From Felis catus (Eukaryota): a DNA stretch of 64,000 nt. The stretch lies in NCBI RefSeq assembly GCF_018350175.1, contig NC_058369.1, positions 22,756,001 through 22,820,000 of the forward strand, written 5' to 3'. A model generated the notes under the pieces. That model was not told where the DNA came from. It searched no databases and saw only the letters and a list, made by a program, of their open reading frames with translations. Of this stretch, positions 12,359 through 24,700 are shown one piece after another. Position 1 is the first letter of the stretch. Each line of letters starts with the position of its first letter. The position numbers were made by a program, and so were the translations under genes.

Positions 12359-13771
12359 CTCTAAACAAAGGTGGCATCAATGGCCGGACATTTTGATGAG
12401 TAATCCAACGTGACCTCGCCCTCAGCAATGCAGCAGACAGTGTAATGTACAAAGATGCCAGCCTCAACTCTGGGACCTGAAGTGACCCCTTGGAAACACA
12501 TTCCTCTTTCCTGGCGCACTTCAGGGAGGGCAGTGGAGTGGGGTGACAAGAGCTGCTGGAGCAACTAGCCAAGCCAGCGTCCCCACGGACTTGGGCTCCT
12601 TGCCACCCCGTCCTGATTTGAAAGTCAGGCCAACCAGCCTTGCTGCAGGCGGGGTCGGGGAGCCGCAGGACAGGCCCTTCTGGGGAATGCTCCGTCCTGG
12701 ACTAAACAGAACTATTTTTCCACTTAGAAGGTCTCTCACCAGGACATTTTTTAATCCAGTTTGCCCAAGATTCCTGTTACCCCTAATTACCTCCTTTGTC
12801 TAGCTTTGGCCGTTATTTTCTTTCCCGTTTGGTGTTTACTCTGTCAGACACTTAAGGGCAGTTATCATGTCTCTTTAGCCAAGCTACACACATTCAGAGC
12901 CTTCTCATTTTTGCACATAAATCTCCGCCTTCCAGCCCCTCAACACCTACCCATACGTGCTGTGCAGTGTTTGCTTTGGATTAGATCTTGGAAGTGGAAG
13001 AATTTTTCTCCTTAGAATTATTGGCACTGGTGTGCACTTTCTAAGTCTGCCGCAAACACACTCACACAGGGAATTGAGGAGACACGATCCAGTATACTGT
13101 TGTTTTAAGCGCGGCACAGGGCCTTTTAGCCCCCCCGATGGTATCTCTTTAAATTGAATTTCAGGCATGGGCAAAAGTCAACAATGACTAGTGTTTCCAT
13201 TACTTTAAAGCTGATAAAGTATGAAGGATTTTTTTTAAAAGGCCTAAAACCAAAAAAGAAAAAAAAAAAAGCAAGTGTAATAAAAAATGACGAACGGTGC
13301 TGTGGTGAGCTGCAAGTTTAATGGGGTTCCAGTGGTTTCCATCCGTGGGCCCCTCCTGAGTGTCTTTGAGTCCCTTTACTGTGCATTCAGGGTTTTCTGT
13401 CAGTGCTTTTGCTTCTCAACAAAGCCGATTTAAATCATGCAAAATCAGCCAAAAGGAACAACAACAAAAAAGGGGGAAACTATTTAAATATTAAATTTAA
13501 TTCTACTTGTCATTCTACTCAGTGGCTGGAATGTGAGATCTAAGACCTGTGTCTGCTGGACCCCTCAGGCTACTTGGTTCTCACGTGTCTCTCCTCGGGC
13601 TGGGGTGGGATTCCAGCATTTAATGATACGTATCTTTCGTGCAACACGGTCCGTAAGTGTAAGCCAATTACTTCATCTTTTACTCAGCAGCAGTAACAAA
13701 AACTAAACTCATTTACAATAGCTGAGAGGAAAATGACTATGTTGGACTTAGTGAATGATGGCTTATCAGTT

Positions 13772-14605
13772 TCCATTCCTTCAAGAAAATATTTATGGAG
13801 GACATTCTCCGTTTTGGGCAGTGGAGATACTGTTGTAAACAGACTTTATAGTTGTGTGTGCGTGTGTGTGTGTGTATGAAAAATGGTGAGTATGCTCCAG
13901 AGAATGGAAATAAGAGGCTATGAGAGAGTGAGTGGTGTTCTTTTTAGAGTGGGGATTAGGGACAGTCTCTGCAGAAGTTATAGTGTGACTCTGGGATCTG
14001 TATGAAGGATGAGGTTGAGGAGAGGGCTAGGGTTCAGGTTATATACAGGTTGGCAGGCTAGGGATGGGAGTAGGGATTTTATTTGAAGTACAGCTCAAGG
14101 CCATTGAGGGATTTCAAGCAGTAAGAGATAGAATCTGATTTATGCTCTGCTTCCTCCAGCTGCTGCAGGGAGACTAGCCTGTAGCCAGTGAGAGTAGAGA
14201 CGAGGTTAGCGAGGGGGCTCTTAACGTTTGTCAGTTTCCAGTGAGTTGACAACTAAGGTCTACACTCATTAGAGAAAGAGATCAGGAAATGGGGTTGTAT
14301 CACAAAAATGGAGAGAGGTAGAGTCAGGGTACATTTGAAGTTAGAGTCATCAGGAATTGCACACAGATTGGCCACAGGGGAGTGAGCGTTTGTGGGAAGG
14401 TTGAGGGAAGAAGAGAAACAAATGATAACTTCTAGATTTTGCTTTATAGCCTTTAGTTCCACTGTGGCCACCTTGAGTTTGAGATGTCTGTTAGACATGT
14501 GAGTGGAGATATAAAAGATGTCATTGGCTCCATGAGACTAAAGCCCAGGGCAGGAGTCCAAGCTGGAGATGGAAGCTTTGGGGGACCGGCCTATAGATGG
14601 TATGT
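13772..14605 (-). mobile_element. L2 LINE relic
   Basis: cattccttcaagaaaatatttatggag... through ...ttgagtttgagatgtctgttagacatgtgagtggagat...ctatagatggta. Confidence 0.7.
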
Positions 14606-14989
14606 TATAGTAGCATAGTCATGTCAATAGGAAGAGTCTACAAATGGTGAGGGAGCCCGCTTGGGCTGCATTCACTTTTTACTTTGCTGTCTCTCGTTAG
14701 ACTGGAAAGTCCGTGTGCAAGTGCACACATTGCCACATTGTTTACTGCTCTGTTGTTGTTGACTGCTCTGAAACCTGGGGCCAGTGACCGTGGAACTGCT
14801 CAGTTATTTGTCAACAGGATATTTGGAGATCTGCAAGGGCTGGCTGGGTCATTCTGGTCTGGTTTCCTTACAGACTGATGTGTTCTGTGATGACTATCCC
14901 CCAACGTCCAGACCTGGAGGGGGGCTCTCAGAATGAAATCTGGACAACTCTTTACAAGACGGGTCAGTGTAGGTTAGTTGCCATTCCTC

Positions 14990-15020
<31 letters not shown>

Positions 15021-15025
15021 GAGAG
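14990..15025. repeat. (AG)n microsatellite with one interruption
   Basis: Read directly from the sequence. Confidence 0.95.
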
Positions 15026-16224
15026 CTCATGGACAGAACCGGAGCTGAATTAATGGGGTGATGTTTCATAAATCATTTTAATCTTTTTTGGTCATCCATG
15101 TTTGTGTGGCCTACTGCTCCCCATCTTTGTCGTGTGGTACACACATTAAAAGCTGTCTTTTCAGCTTACTTTTTCTTTGTGCTGAAAACTTCCAGAGCTG
15201 TGTGCCAACCTGAACGTTCAGGTCACTGCAAAGACACTGCTGATTCAGTTTTTTGAACCTAATGAATCTTTATTGGCACCGAGGTCTAACCTTGACACAG
15301 TGTGGTGAGTTATGCCTTGGCAGCTGCCGTCAGGCACTGTGTTCCCGTCTCTGTGAAACCCTTTGTAAATAATGTGGCTGGCTCAGAGATGCCACCAGCA
15401 CAGCAGAGTCTACAAGTAGCCCTAAAGAAAAGAGGATAGATAGAAAGGCAGCCTGGAAATATAAGAGGCACTCAGTATTAAATGTTAATGAGTATCCCCC
15501 CAAAAATACTGAATAATTTTTGTTCGTGCAGTTTATTGAAAAAGGGACCGTATGGATCTAAAACATCTATTAACAGTGGTGTTAGTTAAAAAAACAACAA
15601 CGTTCCTTAAAGCATTAGTGTTTGTGCAAACACTTTCAGGGATGATATGCACTCTCAATTCGGAAACCTCCAGCAGCTCTTCCTTAATTTTAGCTTTTGT
15701 GTCACCTTTGTCCCTGGGTTTTCTGGCAGAGCAAATTCTTCCTGGCAGCTTTGCAAAAACGCAGTTGCGGGAGGTTTAGGCCCTTTGTTCTGTGATCCTA
15801 GAGATGAATGTAGGACCCCTTCCTTGTGGGCTGTCGTGACTGAGGGCTCACCACGAGTGAAGGCCACATTCAGCTCCTCCCTTACCTTCTGTTTGTCTTG
15901 ATGTGACATGACCGTGAGTGTCAACTCCCTGGTCTGTGCCACACCATGAGCTCTGTGAGCGTAGGAGCCATATGTCTCGTTAGTCACTCTGTCCTTAGTG
16001 CCACCACATCGCCCGGTATGGAGGAGGGCCTTAATGAATATTTATCAACGTGAGTGCAGTGTGGTCAAGGAATACGATTAGCCCTGCAGAAACCTGGAAT
16101 AGACAAAGGGGCTTAGGTATTCCAAATATCAAAATCATGTCCCTTGGAGCGCAACGGATATATTCCATAAAAGCTGTTGTAAGTTGAGGCTGTCCCATTT
16201 ACATCTTTTATAAAAATGTAACCT

Positions 16225-17065
16225 GCTCAACACCAAGCGATAAAGATGACATGGAACAATGGCATCTCTCATTCATTGCCGGTGGGGATGGACAATAGTA
16301 TAGTCACTTCGGGAGACAGTTTGGCTGTTTCTTACAAAATGAAACATACTCTTACTATATGATCCAGAAATCGTGCTGCTTAGTATTGAGTCAGATGAGT
16401 TAAAAACTTATGTGTATGTGAAAATCTGCACATGAATATTTATAACAGCTTTATTCATAATTGCCCAAACTTGGAAGCAACCAAGATGTTGCTCAATAGT
16501 GAGTGGATAAACTGGGGTATATTCAGACGATGGGATATTATTTCATGACTTAAAAATGAGCTGTCCAGCCATGTGAAGGCACGGAGGAACTTTACCTGTG
16601 TAATGTAAAGTAGAAGAAGCCAATATGAAAGAACTCCATGCTGCATGATTCCAGCCATGTGACATTTTAGAAAAATCAAAACTGTAGAGACAGTAAAATG
16701 ATCATTGGTTGCTAGGGGTTTGGAGAAGTGAGGATGAACAGGTGGAGTACAGGACATTTTTGGAGCAGTGAAACTACTCTGTATGATGCTATAATAGTGG
16801 ATGGATGTCATTATATATTTGCCCAAACCCATCAAATGTACAGCACAAAGCATAAACCCTAATGTAAACTATGAACATTAGTTAATGATGTACTGCCTCA
16901 TCAATTGTAACATACGCAGCACACTAATGCAAGATGTTAATAAGAGGGGAAGTTGGGTGTGTGTCTGTATGGTGGGGGTTGAGGTGCCAGGTGGAAGTTC
17001 TTGGTGCTTTCCCCTCAGTTTTTCTATAAACCTAAAACTGCTCTCAGAAATAAAATCTATTTTTA
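16225..17065 (+). mobile_element. Old L1 (L1MC-like) ORF2 end + 3'UTR
   Basis: ctctcattcattgccggtggg...gctttattcataattgcccaaacttggaagcaaccaagatg...aaaccctaatgtaaactatg...ctaaaactgctctcagaaataaaatctat. Confidence 0.85.
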
Positions 17066-18390
17066 GAAAAGTAATGTGCTGTAGAAACATAAGGGGTTGC
17101 AAGGAGAGGGTTGATCACGTCTTTTTGTCATTGGTGTCATCAAAGAAAAGTATTACTTGTATCTGAATACAGAATTCATTAATGTGTCTCTTTGTGAAAA
17201 GGAACACGTGGTTTCATGTCAGTGAAGGAAACGTCCTCTCTCTGAGGCCATGATGGCAAGAAGCCCCGATGGTGGCATCTTGGCATTAACATTCAGTGTT
17301 CAAGTGGTTCGCTTGGGCAGGCCGTTCAATTTCTCCTGGCTCTGGTTTCGTCATCTGTAAAATTAGGACAGTGATGCCTGACGATACTTAAAATCAGAGG
17401 CCTGTGGAAGGACAGGAGGGGTGCCTCATGGCCCTTGAAGAATCTCCTGAAACGTGAGGCATCCCCAGGAGAGCTGCTGGGGCAAGGCGCCTCCCTGCTG
17501 GCTCATGGCTCTCTTATCTGAAAAACGATCGTGTTGTTCTCTCCAGTCCTGGCTGTTCAGCCATTCCTATCTGCTACTTAGCGTGTGAAATTGCCTATGA
17601 ATCAACAACACGGTGAATTGGATATCAACCAGAAGCAAGCTAGAGGACCAATATTCAGTTATTGAAAGTCAAAAGGTAGAGGGAAAGGTTGGAGAATCAA
17701 ATAAGAGAATTAATTTCAATAGTTTACACTTGGTGTTTGTTGGGTGTGTTTTAGGATAGTTTCCTTCTCTCCTGCCCTCCTTTGCTTCCTCCCATAAACA
17801 TTCCATCTCCTCCCACTCCGTCATCTCTTTGTGCTGTCTGAGGAGTCCCAAGTACATAACATGGGATGGAGAGAGAGATGAGGGAGTGTATTTAATATAT
17901 TCATGACATATGCATTAGGGGAGAAATCACCTCTTTTAAAACTGAATGCACTGTACCCGATTACAGAAACCAGTAGACAAGGATTTGAGGTCTTTCCTCA
18001 AGTTAGTCATCCACTGTCATAAGTTCAAACGGGACGTATCTCTTCCTCCAGGGTTATGTTGCTCCCCATCAGGTTAGGAGTACATCGCACCATACGGCAT
18101 AATTGAGTTACTACTTCCAGTATTCTGTGGGCATTAAGACCTGGGAGATAAACGTAATGGGAGAGGCTATAAACATTGTACTGGTCCCTGGAATACAGAA
18201 TTTGGTAGGCAAGGATTGTGGTGTGTGCTACAGCATAGGGATGTAAAAACTCTGGCATGTTGGGGACGTGGTGCACAGCTCCCGGGAGAGGGGTAGAAGA
18301 GTTTGTTGAGAGGGTCCTGGCAGGTGCAGTTGGGAGGGTCCTGGCAGGTGCCGAATGGAGACTCTGTGTAGCTTCGGGCCAGATTATGAA

Positions 18391-18600
18391 TTTCTTTTTT
18401 AACATTTATTTATTTTTGAGAGACAGAGACAGAGCAGGAGTGGGGAAGGAGCAGCAAGAGAGGGAGACACAGAATCTGAAGCAGGCTCCAGACTCTGAGC
18501 TGTCAGCACAGAGCCCACCGTGGGGCTTGAACTCACAAACTGCGAGATCATGACCTGAGCCGGAGCTGGCACTTAATTGACAGAGCCATCCAGGCGCCCC
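18391..18600 (-). mobile_element. CAN-SINE, full length
   Basis: T tail ... gagatcatgacctgagcc...gagccatccaggcgcccc. Confidence 0.95.
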
Positions 18601-18664
18601 TTCTTAAAAAAAAAAAAAATTAACGTTTATTTATTTTTGAGAGACAGAGACAGAGCAGGAGTGG
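18601..18664 (-). mobile_element. Short 3' CAN-SINE fragment in tandem; shared 20-bp TSD
   Basis: ttaacgtttatttatttttgagagacagagacagagcaggagtgg; TSD gcttc(g/a)ggccagattat(g/a)aa at 18371-18390 and 18665-18684. Confidence 0.88.
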
Positions 18665-18721
18665 GCTTCAGGCCAGATTATAAAGGGTAATTTATGCCAC
18701 ACTAAGGAATGTATCATGTGG

Positions 18722-19013
18722 GAATGTTTCCCAGGGTGTATCCCCTGGAATGCAAGTTCCTAGTGATACTTCAGGAATGAAGGGTTCCATAGTTACACAC
18801 GTTTGAGAAAAGATTGTAGCTCCAGTATACCTGTATGATGCCGTTAGTGCAGAGTCCTCAGATGTTCTGTAGTAAAGGAATCTTTAACTTTGCTAAAGTT
18901 GAAACTGGCATTTTTCAAACACATGGTATTGAAGATAGTATCCTTTTGTGTGTAACTTACCCATGATTATTTGGGTAATCACAGTATCCCTGGCATAGAT
19001 TTGGGGTGCTGCT
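18722..19013. mobile_element. hAT-Charlie-type MITE relic
   Basis: Degenerate TIR-like ends (tgtttcccagggtgtatcc ... ggcatagatttggggtgctg); internal agggttccatagttacacacgtttgagaaa and ctgtagtaaaggaatctttaactttg. Confidence 0.55.
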
Positions 19014-19201
19014 CTAGGCCATGGGGAGCACGTAAGGATTGAGAGAAGAGGGACATGCTCCTATCTGTGCTATAGAAATTTGGTGGCAGGTAGAGGATGG
19101 AGTGGAAGGAATGACATGTATCAGAATACCATTACGTGAGCTGAAGGGTGTACCAGTGCAGAAATTAGGAGGGCCCTGGACATGTTTTTAGAGACCTAGG
19201 T

Positions 19202-19444
19202 CAGGAGTCGGCAAATGATGGCCCATGGGCCAAATCTGGTTGATCCACCATTTACAACAATGGTTGCTCCATATTTGTAAGTAAAGATTTATTGGAACGC
19301 AGATCCAACTACACTTGTTCCTTTACATGTTGTCTTTGCATTATAACAACAGCATTGAGCAGTTGCGACAGAGATCACCACATGGCTTATAAAGCCAAAA
19401 ATATTGACCATCTGGCCCTTTATAGAAACATTTGTTGAGTCCTG
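19202..19444 (+). mobile_element. MER58A-like hAT-Charlie MITE
   Basis: caggagtcggcaaatgatggcccatgggccaaatctgg...taaagatttattggaac...atctggccctttatagaaacatttgttgagtcctg. Confidence 0.85.
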
Positions 19445-21281
19445 GTATGGGTGGTTGGTTGGATTGGTTTCGTTTTTGCAAGGGTAAGAGACTTATTTTG
19501 ATTTTTCAGTTCCATTTTCTTCAAACAGATGAATGGAAAAAAAAATAGATACAAACAGAATCCCAAAAATCAAATTCTAGAAGCCCTAACTTGAATGTTG
19601 AATGGAAGCCTTTTCAGCTCTGAAGATCCAAGAGAACTGAAGACCTGCCTTCCTCTCTGGTGGAGTTTCGTTATCGCTTGTCTGGTGGGGCCGAAGCTGT
19701 TGTAAGAGGCCACTTGTATCCTCGAAGGTCGAGCCCTGTAAGCTATCAGTCATTACCTTTGGCACTATCTCAGGCTATGTTACGACCCTGAAGGAATCTA
19801 ACTGCTGTTTCTGGTTCCTCTGAGCCCGGTTGCCTCTATATAATGTTGATACTGGCAGATGTTGTCTGCTCTCCCTTGGAGAGCAACTTTCTACACATAT
19901 TTCTTGGGGCACATATATTTATACTCATTCCATTTATAATGTAAAGTCTTGTGATGATAAAGTATGTGTTGTTCCATAAAGGTAGACTGGTGCCATTCAA
20001 CTCCATCACTCCCGCAAGACAGATTTATGCGCTCCATTCAAGGCCTGGGATGCCCAACACCCAGTATATATTTTATTTTATCTTGTCTCATTCCTACAGC
20101 TATCCAGAAGTTTGAAAATGTATTTTTTTCAGTGGCACTTGAGAGTCTACGAAAGTTAGTGAAAGAAGAAGAAGGAGGACGAGAAGAAGATCTGCAAGAA
20201 TTGCTAATATTTGTCACTTTATTTGTGGTAGCAAGTACTTTAAAAAAAATCCCATATTTTCAGATAGCTGCACACAAAACATAAAATACATGTTTCTCAG
20301 CTGTGAAACATGCCAGTAAAAATGTTCACCATCTAATCATGATTTGAATATTTGTTTTTACAGCAAGTTAAGTACCAACAAAGAATTCCACAGCTTATAA
20401 AATGGGTGGTCATAAATGAAATGCAAAAGTTGATGCAGAACCTGTGAAGTGAATTGAAAACGTCGCGTACCTGGCCAGAAGCTCTGAAATCACACGCAGG
20501 TCAGACAGAGCAGCTTTGGTCTGTGCACCCTGTGTCTTCACATGCCCAACATGATTGGGCTGGTTTTTAATTCTCATTGCAAAAGGCAGTATTCTAAGAA
20601 TAATGAATTTTCAGCCCCGTTCAACTTGTGGGATTTTGCTTATGGGAATATCCACTTTAGTTTTTTTGCATTTGAGAACCAGAAAATATAGTTTACTCTG
20701 TGATTTCAGGATGGACAGAGACCTATAGTATAATTGATGGCATCCATGACGTTTGCAAAATTTGTTTTGAAAAGCTGTATGAGGCCCCTTATTGTATCTA
20801 AGGAAATCTTTTCATTTAACGCTAAGGTTGTCATAGATTCTTTTGAAAAGACTAGGCTTGTGGTCCGATTCTGCCGTAAGCCAGCTGGCTATGTGAGGTT
20901 GGGTGGAGCTGAGTCTCAGAGTTTTCTCTGGTATAATGGAAATGGTAGTATTTGTCTTACCAACCTCCCAGGCTTATGACAACTATCAGAAGACAGAGAC
21001 TCAAGAGGGAGACAAGCTAGTTTTTGAAAATGCGAGGCAGATTGTTCTCTGTGGGAAGGCTTATGAAGCATGTTAGAATTTTATGTATGCGAACGTGTGT
21101 GTTTGTACATACATATACTTCAGTCACGGTATAAGTAGGCTTACTTATGGCTGATGAAAACCAAACATCAATATGGCATAACTGCTGCTGTGGCCTGAAC
21201 AATTAGGACGCGCTCAACACCATCGTCCATAGGGGATTTCTAACCCATGAGATAACCCTATGGTTAGTAGATCTGGCACTC

Positions 21282-21794
21282 TGTATTAGTTTTCTATTGC
21301 TGCATAACAAAGCAGCACCCATTTATTATTATTATTATCTGTAGGTCAGAGATCTGGGCACAGCATGGCCGGGCTCTCTGCTCAGGGTCTCAACAGGCTG
21401 CAACCAAAGTGTTGGCAGGGGCTGCAGTGTCATCGGAGACTCATGGTTCTCTTCCAGGCTCATTCAGGTTGTGGACGGAACTCAGTCCCTTGAGGTAACA
21501 GGACTGAAGTCCTCATTTCTTGCTGGCTGTTAGCCAGGGTCGCACTCAGCTTCTGGAGACCACCCTCAGGTCCTAGCCCCCTGACCTTGTCACGGTATGA
21601 CAGCTTACTTCTTCAAAGCCGGCAGGGAATCAATCTCTTCCATTTCTGCTTACAAAACATCTTTAACCTCATGAAGAGAGTGGTGATCACATCACACTCA
21701 CCAGCGTTGCTCATGCTCAAGGGAAGGGGATAAGATGTATTGACCGGAGAAGGGGCATCTTGGGGGACCATCTTAGAATTCTGCCTCCTGTACA
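21282..21794 (-). mobile_element. MaLR solo LTR (MLT1D/E-like)
   Basis: tgtattagttttctattgctgcataacaaa...ggtcagagatctgggcacagc...ccatcttagaattctgcctcctgtaca; TG...CA termini. Confidence 0.8.
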
Positions 21795-24700
21795 CCCCCA
21801 TTTTGGGGATGGAGAGAAATTCTCAGAGAGGTTACATTCCTCGCCCAGAGTCACAAAGCCAGCAGTTACCAAGCAGGGACTTGATTACTAATAGCCTTCC
21901 AGGCAGGATGCACCTTCATGTTATATAATGTGGGCTGGCACGGTGCCTTCAAGAAAGCACTGGGTGAGGACACTTGAACAGCTATGCATATTGAGCCTTG
22001 AGACAACTGCATTGTAGACCACAGCTCCTCAAAGTGTGGACCATGGGCTGGTGTTGGTTCAGGAACTGTTTGTTACTGCAGCGAGTTAAGAAATTGACAG
22101 CAAGTGTTTAGAAACATTTATAACAATAGGATATTGCTGGCACATTGAGCACGTTATGCTTTTGTGCTTTACAGAAGTGCTGGACGCCAACAGATTGGCA
22201 AATGCATACACACCAGAATAAAAACAAAACAACCCCCCTCCCCAATAAACCCCCATTGATAGTGTGAGGAATCTTGGTGTCAAGAACACAGCTTGTTGGT
22301 CCGGTTGTCATCAAATGGGGCCCCGATGCCCCTCGTTCTAGAGCTGAAAATTGAATGCACCTGGGAATAAGACCACCTCGATCTCCTGGGTTAAAATAGT
22401 AGCTAAGCTCTTTGAAGCTTTTCTGGCCCGTGCTCTTGCACATTGTTTCTTGCTAAGCCGAGCCTAAAAATAACTCCAACCAAATTTCCAACATTTTTGG
22501 GTGCCTTCTGAATTGGAATATTCAGAAGCCCCTGATGGTCATTGCTGTGTCATTGTTTTTGGAGTTTATAGAAAAGCTGCCCTGCCAAATGCTCAAGCTT
22601 GGTTGACAAGATTGTCTCAAGCTTGTTTTCGTGACAGGTCACCGGAGCCCACAGGAAACAGTGCGGGTGAAAATGAGGATTTGACGGAGCCTGCAGAGTG
22701 AGGTTGCGGCCAGGCGGTGACCAGGAGCTGAGGCAGCTGCTCTTGGTCTCTGACTTCTGCCGCTCTGCCTCCCGCTTTGCTGTCCTTTCCGAACCCTGGC
22801 TTTCTTTGGGTCTCTGTGCATTGTTGACGATGACAGCTATGACCCCTTTCCCAAGTTCACATGCTTACTTCTAATGTGCCATAGAGGCTGATGAGTATCA
22901 CCAACCGTTAAGTCCCAGTTCGCAGGGAGAAGCATCTGAGGAGCCCAGTTTGGTCAGATGTCCACTCTTGAGACAGATTGATTAGTACGGTATGGCATCT
23001 GTGTCCCCTCAGTGTGAGGGTTTTTGACCAGCTCTCGGAGGGGAAGCATGGGCAGAGCAGACACTGCAGAATGCCTTTTACACCGGCCCGTGTGTTGACT
23101 TCAAGAGGACATATTAACATTCTCTCCATGGAGGGTATGTTGATTAACTTCCTAAAAAAAATAATTAGTGAAGACCTTTTTGACCCTTTGTAGCTCAATC
23201 ATTGTCTGAAACATGGTCCTGTTTTCATTAAGACCAAATACCAAAACAACAGGGACACACAATTTTATCTTCCTGAAAAATCTCTCCCTTCAGAATAGAA
23301 AGACCTTGGGCAACATCTAATTATTCCTGTGCCTGTTAATTTGATAGCTTGAAAAATGTTTGTAGTCTTTAAGAATGTCTATGGAAATTTCCTGCCCCTG
23401 CCACAGATCAAATTGTTTAAATGATGGACGGCAATTTTATATTGAACTGTGATAATAGTATCTCATTTGCTCCTACTTAAGTGATTTCTTTTCCTCTTAA
23501 CACATGTAGGTCAAGTTACTCCTTCAGTCTAAAAAAATTGTGAATAAAAAAGGATGACAAATGGAAGAAAGCCAATTATATAACAATTTTAGATGTTTGA
23601 AGTAAGACCATTGCATTTCTCAATATTGATTATTTTTTCGCTTGATTACAGTGACTCTTCTCAGCTATTTATTACAATATAGATCATAATTCACAGACTG
23701 CATTTGTTCTAAACTAAAAATAAGTGCAAGGAAGTGGAATGAGGAAGGTGCTGAATGAAAAGTAGCATTTTTGACATCAATGAATAACCATTGAGTAAAT
23801 AATCATATTTAGCTTCTCCAAGCATTGTATCTGACTAATAACATATTGAACTCCCTTGTCAGAGAAACCTGAGTTTAATGTGTCCCATCTCATGCATTAC
23901 CCTTTATTTTATATAGTAGATTGAAGACAAATTTTATGTTATTTCTGTCTGATAAAGAATTGGAGAAAGCAGAGAGCTGGCAGCAGTCACCGAGTTTTGT
24001 GATCTGTAATTAGATAGTGAAACTTGTGTTTCACAAACCCGAGCTCAACTTACCAACTCATGTTGTTGGACCTTCTTTGAGTGAAGGGGGCTACCCCAAG
24101 TATCCTACAGTGTTATGTACTCTTTGCTAAATAGTCAACAGTCGCTTGAGTGGTTTCTGGGTTCAGTATGCTTCACTAAGTGCACTGATCAATCAAGCAA
24201 GTTCTAGACCCTAGGGGGCCCCTATTCCAGGAGATAAGATACAAGGTATAAAATGTGGAGTGACAGGAGGTCTAGGCAGATAAAGAAGTCCAGAGTAGGG
24301 AGCCATTAATTCAATACCTGTGTTAAATGCCTGGTGGCGCCTGGGCACTGTATGCTTTTATATTTTTTCATTCATTCATTTGCTCATATAGTCAGCCCAT
24401 ACTTACTGAGTGATCACTGTGTGCCAGAGGTTAGCAAAAACCTGAGTAACAAGATAGTCTACCATCCCAGAGATCAGCCTGCTAGGAGGGGGGGTGGGCT
24501 AGAGAAAGATGGGAAGAATCGTTCATTGATGGACGGACACTGATGGAGCATCACCATGCGGGGGGTACTCACCTAAACCCTGAGCATACTATTGTGGACA
24601 AGCCCAAGGTATCCAGGGATAGAAGGAGGGGTGGGTCAGTTCTGTGGCTAATGCTTACAGCACAATACAGATGAAGCATACTTCTCCGCTCAGTATAGAT

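Noticed and set aside
15208..15223. Perfect 16-bp palindrome acctgaacgttcaggt
   Set aside because: About one is expected by chance in 64 kb (64000/4^8); no supporting context.
20133..20230. GAA-rich, protein-like stretch (LRKLVKEEEGGREEDLQ) after tttttttcAG
   Set aside because: No convincing donor and no match to CACNA2D3 as I recall it; cannot support a cryptic exon.
24325..24345. CTCF-like gcctggtggcgc (also partial matches near 6295 and 43211)
   Set aside because: Only half of the core motif matches in each case.
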